From assembly GCF_004365815.1 (NCBI RefSeq), contig NZ_SODD01000005.1, positions 1 through 32,000 of the forward strand: a stretch of 32,000 nucleotides of DNA, given 5' to 3'. The position numbers were made by a program, and so were the translations under genes. Positions 1 to 8,547 of the stretch are shown here, piece by piece (position 1 is the first letter of the stretch; each line of letters opens with the position of its first letter). Origin of the DNA: Breznakia blatticola. GTDB taxonomy: Bacteria > Bacillota_I > Bacilli_A > Erysipelotrichales > Erysipelotrichaceae. The notes below the pieces were generated by a model. That model did not search any database. It saw only the letters and a program-made list of their open reading frames with translations, and was not told the origin of the DNA.

Positions 1-128
1 AAGCACCTAAAAGTTAAAAGTTTGTGCACTAAAAAGTAGGAAAATAGAATGATAAATATTGATTTATCCATCTTGTTTTACTTATTAACAATCCCTTGAT
101 AAAATATTCTTATAAATGGGGGAGTTGT

Positions 129-791
129 ATGAAGAAAATAGGGATTGTTGAAGATGATAGAGAATTAAGTCATGCATTGAGGTTGCTACTTGAGCAACAC
201 AAATATCAAGTATTTCAAGCATATACAGTTGGTGAAGGAATTAAAATGATAGATACTATTGAACTTGATATTGTCTTGCTGGATATTGGATTGCCTGATG
301 GTGAAGGTTTTGAAGTAAGTCAATATTTGGAAGATGGTTCAATTCCAATTGTATATTTAACAGCAAGAGATGATGAAGTAGATATGCTTCATGCGTATGA
401 CAACGGTTGTGAAGATTATGTAGTCAAACCTTTTTCAATGACAGTATTATTAAAACGAATTGAAGTTGTATTACGACGCAATGAACAAAAAGGAAATATT
501 TTTATTTATAAGGATATTGAGTTAAATGTTGAACGGCATGAGGTGAATGTAAATCAAATGTTAGTTGCTCTGACAGCAAATGAATTTGAGGTTTTACATT
601 TATTTATGCGTAATCAAAAGCGTGTATTAAGTAAGACCCAAATTCTTGAGGCAATATGGGATGAAAAAGAACAATTTGTTGATGATAGTACAGTAACAGT
701 AACAATCAGTAGGCTGCGCAAGAAATTAGATAAGGATCCAAGAAAATATATAGAAAATGTATTTGGTAGTGGATATCGTTTGGTTGCATAA
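129..791 (+). CDS. OmpR-family two-component response regulator
   Basis: ORF 96..791. Start moved to ATG 129 (MKKIGIVEDD), preceded by a GGGGGAG SD at 117-123. Has a receiver domain (DIVLLDIGLPDGEGF, phospho-acceptor Asp context) and a C-terminal winged-helix (TVTVTISRLRKKL, GSGYRL). Confidence 0.9.
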   Translation: MKKIGIVEDDRELSHALRLLLEQHKYQVFQAYTVGEGIKMIDTIELDIVLLDIGLPDGEGFEVSQYLEDGSIPIVYLTARDDEVDMLHAYDNGCEDYVVKPFSMTVLLKRIEVVLRRNEQKGNIFIYKDIELNVERHEVNVNQMLVALTANEFEVLHLFMRNQKRVLSKTQILEAIWDEKEQFVDDSTVTVTISRLRKKLDKDPRKYIENVFGSGYRLVA

Positions 792-792
792 T

Positions 793-1782
793 ATGAAACT
801 TCTAAAACCAAAGGTATTGTTTATTGGGCTTATTATACTAGTAAGTGGAATTCTTATCTATGCATTATTATTAAATAATTTGGCATTACTCATAAGCTGT
901 ATTTGTCTTGTAATATATGGGGTTCTTATATTTTTTATAGAACGAAAAAAAATACAAGAGGAGTTAAATCTCTTATCAGTAATGATTGATCGTATGATGA
1001 ATCAAGAACGTGTTGAAGGGATTCAAAAACATGATGAGTTTATGTCATCAAAGATTCAACATCAATTAGAAAAAGTAAACACACTATTTGTATCCAAACA
1101 AGAAGATATCGAGAGAGATCGTGATGAAATTCGTTTGTTAATTAATGATATTGCACATCAAATGCGTACGCCAATAACAAACATGAAGTTGTATCTAGAA
1201 TTACTCGAATTGGAAGAATTGACACAAACACAACAACAGTATGTGGATAGTGTTGAGAAAGCAATGGATACACTATCATTCCTGAGTGAGAACTTTATTC
1301 GTATGTCTCGAATTGAAGGGAAGATTATTCAGTTAAAATCAATGGAGCAATCATTAACTACAACTATATACGAAGCAATAACAGTGATTGATGGTCTTGC
1401 TAGCAGTCGAAATGTTCAAATACACTTTGATGAAGAATTAGCATATGTGGTGTCTCACGATTTTCATTGGATGAAAGAAGCAATTATTAATTTATTAGAT
1501 AATGCAATCAAATACTCATATGAAAACAGTGATATTTATATACAAATCAATGAGAATGAGATGTTTATGCAAATTGAGATTATTGATCAAGGTATTGGAG
1601 TTAATGAAGAAGAAGAGGCGCAAATCTTTCAACGTTTTTATCGTGGACAACGTGTAAGTAATCAAAAAGGATTAGGACTTGGTTTGTATATTACACGAAT
1701 GATTATTCAAACTCATGATGGATATATCAAAGTAAAACGAAAAGATAGAGGATCGATATTTAGTATTATTCTTCCAAAGTAA
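793..1782 (+). CDS. Intramembrane-sensing histidine kinase (BceS-like)
   Basis: ATG 793 lies 1 nt after the regulator stop. Two N-terminal TM helices are separated by only about 2 residues (VLFIGLIILVSGILIYALLL-NN-LALLISCICLVIYGVLIFFI), so there is no extracytoplasmic sensor domain. H-box IAHQMRTPITNM; HATPase N-box LLDNAIKYS; G-boxes DQGIGV and GLGLGLYI. Confidence 0.85.
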   Translation: MKLLKPKVLFIGLIILVSGILIYALLLNNLALLISCICLVIYGVLIFFIERKKIQEELNLLSVMIDRMMNQERVEGIQKHDEFMSSKIQHQLEKVNTLFVSKQEDIERDRDEIRLLINDIAHQMRTPITNMKLYLELLELEELTQTQQQYVDSVEKAMDTLSFLSENFIRMSRIEGKIIQLKSMEQSLTTTIYEAITVIDGLASSRNVQIHFDEELAYVVSHDFHWMKEAIINLLDNAIKYSYENSDIYIQINENEMFMQIEIIDQGIGVNEEEEAQIFQRFYRGQRVSNQKGLGLGLYITRMIIQTHDGYIKVKRKDRGSIFSIILPK

Positions 1783-1807
1783 GGGATTTTATATTCCTTT
1801 TTCTTTT
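1781..1807 (+). terminator. Putative intrinsic terminator after the kinase gene
   Basis: Stem AAGGGAT (1781-1787) / ATTCCTT (1793-1799) with one G-U pair, loop TTTAT, then a T-rich run TTTCTTTT. Confidence 0.5.
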
Positions 1808-1839
1808 GTTATAAGTTTGTAATAACTGCCTTTTATAAT
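1806..1839 (+). promoter_or_regulatory. Candidate response-regulator box plus -10 element upstream of the ABC transporter
   Basis: Direct repeats TTGTTATAA (1806-1814) and TTGTAATAA (1817-1825) have 11-bp phasing and overlap the -35 position of TATAAT (1834-1839). There is no good -35 hexamer, which fits an activator-dependent promoter. Confidence 0.4.
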
Positions 1840-1866
1840 GAGAGTATGAAAAGAGAGGACGATACG

Positions 1867-2550
1867 ATGATAGTATTAAAAACAACAGATATAAAGAAGA
1901 CATATCAACAAGAAAGTGCGTTAGAAGTTCATGCTTTACAAGGCGTTGATATAGAAATTATGCAAGGAGAATTTGTTGCAATTGTAGGAACGTCAGGTAG
2001 TGGGAAGACAACTTTACTAAATATGATTGGTGGTTTAGATTATCCAACTTCAGGTAGTGTTACAATCTTAAATACAAATATAGAATCTCTAAACGATAAA
2101 GAATTAACTATATTCAGAAGACGAAATATCGGATTCGTATTTCAAAACTATAACTTGATTTCAACGTTGAATGTTTATGAAAATATAGTGTTACCATTGC
2201 AACTAGATGGAAAAGAAATCGACACTACATATGTTGAAAACATAATACAAACACTTAAATTAGAGAAGAAAATATACAGTGTTCCATTTAATTTGTCTGG
2301 AGGACAACAACAAAGAGTTGCCATTGCACGTGCGCTTGCATCGAAACCAGCAATTATTCTTGCTGATGAGCCAACAGGAAACTTAGATTCCAAAACGAGC
2401 ATGGAAGTTATGGGACTATTAAAAATGAGTGCCGCGAAGTATCAACAAACCATAGTGGTTGTTACACATAGTGAAGAAATAGCACAATTATGCGATCGCA
2501 TTATTCGAATTGAAGATGGATTGGTAGAGTCTTATGATAGTAAAAAATAA
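1867..2550 (+). CDS. ABC transporter ATP-binding protein (MacB/BceA-type)
   Basis: Walker A GTSGSGKTT, signature LSGGQQQRVAIARAL, Walker B ILADEPTGNLD. ATG 1867 is preferred over 1846 because a GAGAGGA SD lies 7 nt upstream. Confidence 0.9.
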   Translation: MIVLKTTDIKKTYQQESALEVHALQGVDIEIMQGEFVAIVGTSGSGKTTLLNMIGGLDYPTSGSVTILNTNIESLNDKELTIFRRRNIGFVFQNYNLISTLNVYENIVLPLQLDGKEIDTTYVENIIQTLKLEKKIYSVPFNLSGGQQQRVAIARALASKPAIILADEPTGNLDSKTSMEVMGLLKMSAAKYQQTIVVVTHSEEIAQLCDRIIRIEDGLVESYDSKK

Positions 2551-5074
2551 CAATACATCCATTATTAGTAAGTTAGCCAAAAACAGTTATATTGCAAACA
2601 AATCGCGTAATCGCTTATTAATTGGGGCAATCGCATTTGCCATTGTTTTATTATTTAGTATTAGTAGTATTTCGATTGCACAAGTGGATAGTGAATATAT
2701 GATGTATGCTAGAAGTAGTGGAACTTTAGCAACTGTTTATATGGAACGACCAACGATGGAACAATATAAGTTGGCAAAAGAACTAGATTGTATCGACATT
2801 GTTGGAAAAGAATCATATGTAATGACTGGTAAGCAAGGAGAGCATATTTTATTTACGGGTAAAGTTGTGGATTCAGTCGCTTACGAAGAGTTATATAAAC
2901 CAGCGTATACAGATGTTTATGGTAATTATCCAAAGAAAACTAATGAGGTCATGCTTCCAGTTAGTGTGATAGAGCAACTTGAGATTGATCCAAAAATTGG
3001 TGCTGCAGTTGTGCTTCCTCTTTATGTAGAAGATACTGGAGAAATTCAAACAGAAGAATTTATTCTCAGTGGGTACTTTAGCGAATATGTTGATACACAT
3101 CTGATTTCTCCAAGTGCGTTTTTTTCAAACGCCTATTTAGAGGCTTCAGGAAGAACCTTGAATGATGCAGATGCATTGGTCATGAAGCAACAAGATGATG
3201 TATTATTCGAGGAAATTGAGTTTACATTATATGAAAATATACCAACCGTGGATGAGACACAACAATTTATTGCAACAGATAGTTTATCATATGCATCTGT
3301 AGAAATGGTTTATGGAGGATATGACACAGCTATTTTTCTAGGTGCAGTTATTGCGATGAGTGTAATTTTGTTAGTGAATAATATAATGCAAATTTCGTTA
3401 GAGAAAAGTGTGCGCGAGTTTGGCTTATTGCGCACGATTGGGACAACTAAGAAACAACTGTTTCAAATACAGTGGAAACAAATTATGAAAGTTATACTTG
3501 CGGGGACTCTTGTTGGTAGTGTGATTGCGTACGCGATTGTTCAATTTGTTTTCCCGTATTTACTGGCAGGATTTGTGGCTGGGCAAGGAGTTGCTATTGG
3601 TGAAGTAATCCAAGCACGGCTATGGTTGTTACTTGCGATACTTCTATTTGTCGCTCTAATTTCAATTTTAAGTATGTTATTTCCTTTACGTATCATGCAT
3701 TCTATTTCTCCAAAAGAAGCATTGTATTTTACATATGGAAAATATAGAACACGCAGGAAAGAAATTTATTCAAAAACACAAGTATCATTACGAAAGATGG
3801 CTATGAGAAATATCAGTCAAAATCGTGGAAAGTCTTTCAAAACAATTTTCTCGTTATTTATGGCAAGTCTATTATGCATTGGTTCAATTATGGCAATTCA
3901 GATTCTTGATTATTCTGATATGTATGAAGGAGATCCAGCTTTTGAGTTTACGAATTGGAGTATGTCAGGTGATATGGATATTCAAGCCGAAAATACATAC
4001 TTTAATAGCGAATTTCTTCAAGATATTTCAGAGATTGATAGTGTTACATCACTCGAATGTAGCTATCAAGCATATGGACGATTTAATGTGAATGACAAAG
4101 TTTGGCAGCCATTACTTGAAGTGGATAATAGAGAACTAGAAGGTGATGAATATATTGGGGGTTTTCGTATAGTAAGAGATGAAGAACTTGAACAATTAGA
4201 AACCTTTTTAAAGGAAAATGATATTGAAGCAAATATTGACAACTTTGCTAGTGGTGAGAGTGTATTCAACTTAGATCAGCATTCATTTTCTAAGAAAATG
4301 AAAGAAAAGGCAAAAAAGGTGGAAGGAGAAACACTACATGTCTATAATCAACAAGATGAAGAAATTGGTGCTTATATCTTCGCAGGTTATTTAGACTTGC
4401 AAACACGTGGTTTCCCAAAATTTAAAAATATGTCATCTAACCAACAATATATGCCATATGTCCTCATTAGCGAACAAGGGTTTGCAAAGTTGAATATTGA
4501 AAAGACAATCAGTAAATTAGAGGTCTTTGTTGAAGAAGGACAAGATATGCAAGTGTATAATATCATACAAAAAATCATGGTAAAAAGAAATAAAACCGCT
4601 AGTATGGAATCTCTTCAAAATGTAAGTTTATCTGTAACATATCTTGCTAAAGAAGAGGCACATGATTACATTCAATCGGTGAAAATTCTACTGTATTCAA
4701 TGAGTTTCATCTTAATGGCAATGTCAGTTTTTAATTACTTTAATGTCATGCATACTTCACTAACAAACCGTAGACGTGAATTAGTATTGTTAGAAAGTAT
4801 TGGAATGACTCGTTCACAATTGCGCGGTATGCTGGTATGGGAAGGGTGTTTATACAGTACAGTTATTTATTTACTATTGGTAAGTATTGGTAGTGGTGTA
4901 TTGTATGCAATCAGCTACTTCATTCAAAGAGAAAATAATACGATTCAATTTACATATCCAATTGAAGCAATGATTGTATTTATGATTGTGATTGGCATCG
5001 TGTCAATTGCATTGCCACTCTATCAATATAAGAAGATAGAAAAGCAAAGTTTGGTAGAAAGACTCACGAAATAA
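2534..5074 (+). CDS. FtsX-family ABC permease, tandem (two TM-large loop-3TM units)
   Basis: 846 aa, overlapping the ATPase gene by 17 nt. The hydrophobic segment pattern is TM1 (LLIGAIAFAIVLLF), about 215 aa loop, 3 TMs, TM5 (IFSLFMASLLCIGSIMAIQIL), about 235 aa loop, 3 TMs. FtsX-like signatures REFGLLRTIGTTKKQL and RRRELVLLESIGMTRSQL precede the third helix of each half. Confidence 0.85.
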   Translation: MIVKNNNTSIISKLAKNSYIANKSRNRLLIGAIAFAIVLLFSISSISIAQVDSEYMMYARSSGTLATVYMERPTMEQYKLAKELDCIDIVGKESYVMTGKQGEHILFTGKVVDSVAYEELYKPAYTDVYGNYPKKTNEVMLPVSVIEQLEIDPKIGAAVVLPLYVEDTGEIQTEEFILSGYFSEYVDTHLISPSAFFSNAYLEASGRTLNDADALVMKQQDDVLFEEIEFTLYENIPTVDETQQFIATDSLSYASVEMVYGGYDTAIFLGAVIAMSVILLVNNIMQISLEKSVREFGLLRTIGTTKKQLFQIQWKQIMKVILAGTLVGSVIAYAIVQFVFPYLLAGFVAGQGVAIGEVIQARLWLLLAILLFVALISILSMLFPLRIMHSISPKEALYFTYGKYRTRRKEIYSKTQVSLRKMAMRNISQNRGKSFKTIFSLFMASLLCIGSIMAIQILDYSDMYEGDPAFEFTNWSMSGDMDIQAENTYFNSEFLQDISEIDSVTSLECSYQAYGRFNVNDKVWQPLLEVDNRELEGDEYIGGFRIVRDEELEQLETFLKENDIEANIDNFASGESVFNLDQHSFSKKMKEKAKKVEGETLHVYNQQDEEIGAYIFAGYLDLQTRGFPKFKNMSSNQQYMPYVLISEQGFAKLNIEKTISKLEVFVEEGQDMQVYNIIQKIMVKRNKTASMESLQNVSLSVTYLAKEEAHDYIQSVKILLYSMSFILMAMSVFNYFNVMHTSLTNRRRELVLLESIGMTRSQLRGMLVWEGCLYSTVIYLLLVSIGSGVLYAISYFIQRENNTIQFTYPIEAMIVFMIVIGIVSIALPLYQYKKIEKQSLVERLTK

Positions 5075-5135
5075 AAAAAGAACATGAGCATCTCAATATA
5101 CATTATTCGGGTATTCGCGTACTATGAGTATGTAA

Positions 5136-5151
5136 ATACCCCTAGGGGTAT
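5136..5151 (+). promoter_or_regulatory. CsoR/CstR-type operator (perfect palindrome ATACCCCTAGGGGTAT)
   Basis: A 16-bp perfect inverted repeat with a G/C-tract core sits immediately upstream of the SD (AGGAGG 5152-5157) of the first gene of the operon. It matches the general ATACC-N-GGTAT, GC-tract style of CsoR-family operators. Confidence 0.6.
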
Positions 5152-5162
5152 AGGAGGTGCTT

Positions 5163-5465
5163 ATGTTTTTTTCTAAAGTAAAGTCAATTAGTACAAGTGA
5201 ATTGGCAACAAAAATACAAGAACAAAAAGATATCGAAATTATCGATGTCAGAGAAAAAGATGAATTTAGAAGTGGTCATATTAAAGAGGCAAAGAACGTT
5301 CCATTATCGAACTTTGATGTAAGTAAAATCAAGAAACAACCACTTTATGTCATCTGTCAATCCGGTATACGTAGTAAACAAGCATATCAATATTTAAGAA
5401 AACAAGGCTATGATGTTACCAATGTAAGTGGCGGAATGAATGCTTGGAAAGGAAAGATGGTATAA
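5163..5465 (+). CDS. Single-domain rhodanese (sulfurtransferase)
   Basis: Active-site loop CQSGIRS (Cys-X4-Arg-Ser) in YVICQSGIRSKQA. ATG 5163 lies 5 nt after the SD. Confidence 0.85.
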   Translation: MFFSKVKSISTSELATKIQEQKDIEIIDVREKDEFRSGHIKEAKNVPLSNFDVSKIKKQPLYVICQSGIRSKQAYQYLRKQGYDVTNVSGGMNAWKGKMV

Positions 5466-5468
5466 GAC

Positions 5469-5714
5469 ATGAAGTGTGATGCAAAGATTGTCAATCGGAT
5501 TAAGCGAAGCGAAGGGCAACTTCATGGTATATTGAAGATGTTAGAAGAAGAAAAAGACTGTAAAGACATTGTGAATCAACTAAGTGCAGTTCGTTCAAGT
5601 GTAGATCGTATCATTGCATTGATAGTTGTGAATAATTTAAAACAACTTTCAGATACAAACGCAAGCGAAAATGATATTGAAGAAGCAGTCGAATTACTAA
5701 TGAAATCAAGGTAA
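5469..5714 (+). CDS. CsoR/CstR-family transcriptional repressor (DUF156)
   Basis: 81 aa. RIKRSEGQLHGILKMLEEEKDCKDIVNQLSAVRSSVDRI is the typical CsoR-family helix bundle, with the conserved Cys at residue 31. Confidence 0.85.
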   Translation: MKCDAKIVNRIKRSEGQLHGILKMLEEEKDCKDIVNQLSAVRSSVDRIIALIVVNNLKQLSDTNASENDIEEAVELLMKSR

Positions 5715-5730
5715 TAGGAAAGGAAGTCTC

Positions 5731-7383
5731 ATGAAAATACTAATTGTAGGAGGAGTTGCAGGTGGTGCATCTGCAGCAGCAAGATTAAGAAGATTATCGA
5801 TGGATGATGAAATCATTCTATTTGAGAAAGATGAATATATTTCATTTGCCAATTGTGGACTACCATATTATATTGGTGGCGTGATTGAAGAACGTGATGA
5901 GTTATTAGTCCAAACGGTAGAAGGAATGACAAAACGATTCAACTTGGATATTCGAAATTTCCAGGAAGTGATGGCAATTCATCCTGATACAAAAACTGTA
6001 GATGTATACAATCATCAAACAAATGCATCTTATACAGAGAGTTATGATAAACTGATTTTATCGCCAGGAGCAAATCCAATTTGGCCAAATGTACCCGGTA
6101 TTGAAGAAGCAAAAAATGTTATGAAGTTACGAAATGTACCAGATACAGATCGTATCAAAGAAATGCTAACGCATAATCCTAAAAAAGCGGTTGTAATTGG
6201 TGCTGGATTTATTGGGATTGAAATGGCAGAAAACTTACGTCACTTAGGTTTGGATGTAACACTTGTTGATTTAGCAAAGCAAATACTTGCACCTTTTGAT
6301 CCAGAAATGGCAGTAGTTTTGCAAAATGAAGTAAGTCGTAATGGCGTGCACTTGCATTTAGGTGTAGGTTTAGAAGGCTTTGAAAATGAAGGCAAGACAG
6401 TATTACTTAGTGATGGAAGTAAATTGGAATCTGATCTCACCATTTTGGCAATTGGAGTATCTCCAGCTTCTAAACTTGCAAAAGATGCAGGGCTAACATT
6501 AGGGCTGAAAAATGGAATCGTAGTAAATGAACAACTACAAACATCAAATCCAGATATATATGCGATTGGGGATGTAATTCAAGTAAATCATTTGGTATCC
6601 AATACACCAACGTATATTCCACTAGCTTGGCCTGCAAACCGTCAAGGTAGATTAGTTGCGGATCATATTCATGGAATTGATATCAATTATCAAGGAACCC
6701 TTGGATCAAGTGTCGCAAAAGTGTTTGATATGGTTGGTGCATCAACAGGATTAAATGAGTTTATGGCTAGAAAACTTGGCTATGATGTAGCAACGACGAT
6801 TGTGCATCGTGCAAATCATGCAAGTTATTATCCAAATGCTAAGAACTTAACGCTAAAACTTGTGTATGATAAACAAACCCTAGATATACTGGGAGCACAA
6901 GGTGTTGGATATGAAGGTACAGAGAAACGAATTGATGTACTTGCTACTGCAATAATTGGAAAGTTGAAAGTAACAGACTTAGCAAGCTTAGAATTATGTT
7001 ATGCACCACCGTTTTCAAGTGCAAAAGATCCAGTAAATATTCTTGGATATGCAGCAAGTCATTCCATTAATGGGATATATCAAACGATAAGTTGCCAGCA
7101 AGTAAAAGAACATCTAAATGATTACTTTGTCTTAGATGTACGAACTCCAAGTGAGTTTGCTGGTGGACATATTGAAGGTGCGATCAATATAGAACTAGAC
7201 AGCTTGCGTCATCAAACAGATAAGTTACCAAAACAAAAAGATACAGCGATTGTTGTGTACTGTCAGGTAGGACAAAGGGCACACTATGCACTAAGTTTAT
7301 TACACCAATTAGGTTACACAAATTTATATAACTTAAGTGGTGGATACATTACATTTAACGAAGTACAAAAAGCAAATAAATAG
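5731..7383 (+). CDS. CoA-disulfide reductase fused to a C-terminal rhodanese domain (CoA-persulfide/persulfide reductase type)
   Basis: FAD fold GGVAGGASAAARL, redox Cys motif SFANCGLPYY, second dinucleotide fold VVIGAGFIGIEMAE, C-terminal rhodanese loop VVYCQVGQRA. Confidence 0.9.
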   Translation: MKILIVGGVAGGASAAARLRRLSMDDEIILFEKDEYISFANCGLPYYIGGVIEERDELLVQTVEGMTKRFNLDIRNFQEVMAIHPDTKTVDVYNHQTNASYTESYDKLILSPGANPIWPNVPGIEEAKNVMKLRNVPDTDRIKEMLTHNPKKAVVIGAGFIGIEMAENLRHLGLDVTLVDLAKQILAPFDPEMAVVLQNEVSRNGVHLHLGVGLEGFENEGKTVLLSDGSKLESDLTILAIGVSPASKLAKDAGLTLGLKNGIVVNEQLQTSNPDIYAIGDVIQVNHLVSNTPTYIPLAWPANRQGRLVADHIHGIDINYQGTLGSSVAKVFDMVGASTGLNEFMARKLGYDVATTIVHRANHASYYPNAKNLTLKLVYDKQTLDILGAQGVGYEGTEKRIDVLATAIIGKLKVTDLASLELCYAPPFSSAKDPVNILGYAASHSINGIYQTISCQQVKEHLNDYFVLDVRTPSEFAGGHIEGAINIELDSLRHQTDKLPKQKDTAIVVYCQVGQRAHYALSLLHQLGYTNLYNLSGGYITFNEVQKANK

Positions 7384-7392
7384 AGATAAGGA

Positions 7393-7424
7393 AGGTGCAT
7401 GTTGGAAAATGTGCATCTTTTTTA
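7393..7424 (+). terminator. Putative intrinsic terminator of the cst-like operon
   Basis: Stem AGGTGCA (7393-7399) / TGCATCT (7412-7418) with one G-U pair, followed by a T run. Confidence 0.5.
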
Positions 7425-7491
7425 CGTATTAGGCAAAACAGTTGCCTAAAGTGTACTTTGCTTCTATGATGTGGTAAAGGAAGTGATATTA

Positions 7492-8334
7492 ATGGAAAGA
7501 AAAGTTAAAAAATTAGTACAAGGATTTCATGCAGTAGATGGTGCAGGAGTACATTTAGTGCGTGTCTTAGGAAATACAACAGTAGAGGATTTCGATCCCT
7601 TTTTAATGTTGGATTCATTTGACTCGCATAATCCAAATGATTATATTAAAGGATTCCCATTTCACCCACATCGTGGAATTGAAACAGTAACCTATTTAAT
7701 TCATGGAGAAATGGAACACTCTGATTCTTTAGGGAATAAAGGAGTGATTCGTGATGGAGAAAGTCAATGGATGAATGCAGGAAGCGGAATTATGCACCAA
7801 GAAATGCCAAGTCCAGTAGATCAAATTCTTGGACTGCAGTTATGGATTAACCTTCCAAGAAAAGATAAAATGAGTCAACCAACATATCGTGATATTACAC
7901 AAAATGATATCAAAGTTGTTGAAAAGGATGGTGCAACTGTACGTGTTGTCTCTGGGAATTATGATGGTGTTCAAGGTGTTGAGCCAAAATATGTAAATGC
8001 CCAAATTTTTGATGTTGATTTAAAAGCGAACGAAAGTATCGAGATTCCAACACGACCAGAAGACAATGTATTTATCTTTACGATTGTGAATGATGTAGTT
8101 GTTGATGGCTCAAATATAGCTGCTAAAACTGCAGTATTGTTTGGCGAAGGTGACCATATTCGCATTAGTGCAAAAGAAGAGGGCTCTCGTTTTATTTTCT
8201 TTGCTGGTAAGAAATTAAACGAACCAGTTGCATGGGGTGGCCCAATTGTAATGAATACGCGAGTAGAGCTTGAACATGCATTTGACGAATTGTCTGATGG
8301 TACCTTTATCAAAGATCATGCAAAAAACATTTAG
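7492..8334 (+). CDS. Pirin-family protein
   Basis: HPHRGIETVTYLIHGEMEHSDSLGN cupin metal-binding motif. Start moved to ATG 7492 (AAGGAAGTG SD upstream). Confidence 0.9.
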   Translation: MERKVKKLVQGFHAVDGAGVHLVRVLGNTTVEDFDPFLMLDSFDSHNPNDYIKGFPFHPHRGIETVTYLIHGEMEHSDSLGNKGVIRDGESQWMNAGSGIMHQEMPSPVDQILGLQLWINLPRKDKMSQPTYRDITQNDIKVVEKDGATVRVVSGNYDGVQGVEPKYVNAQIFDVDLKANESIEIPTRPEDNVFIFTIVNDVVVDGSNIAAKTAVLFGEGDHIRISAKEEGSRFIFFAGKKLNEPVAWGGPIVMNTRVELEHAFDELSDGTFIKDHAKNI

Positions 8335-8360
8335 TTAAGAAAATAGATTTACCTCAATAG

Positions 8361-8392
8361 AAAAAGCGAGTAAAAATTTGCTCGCTTTTTCT
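8361..8392 (+). terminator. Intrinsic terminator after the pirin gene
   Basis: Perfect 10-bp stem AAAAAGCGAG (8361-8370) / CTCGCTTTTT (8381-8390). The A and T tracts make it potentially bidirectional. Confidence 0.75.
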
Positions 8393-8547
8393 ATATCTAT
8401 AGTATATTGATGACATTTCAAATGGTTTCTAGGGCAAGAGACTAGACAATATAATAAAACTAATTATATAATAGCCAAGATTCAATACTTAATCATAAAC
8501 TAAACAGTGCAGGCAGTATGTGTGTCAGTCGAAATTGTGGAGTTAAT

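Noticed and set aside
7430-7448. Hairpin TAGGCAA-AACAG-TTGCCTA after the cst operon terminator
   Set aside because: A 7-bp stem with no T run, no repeat elsewhere in the window and no obvious function. Noted only.
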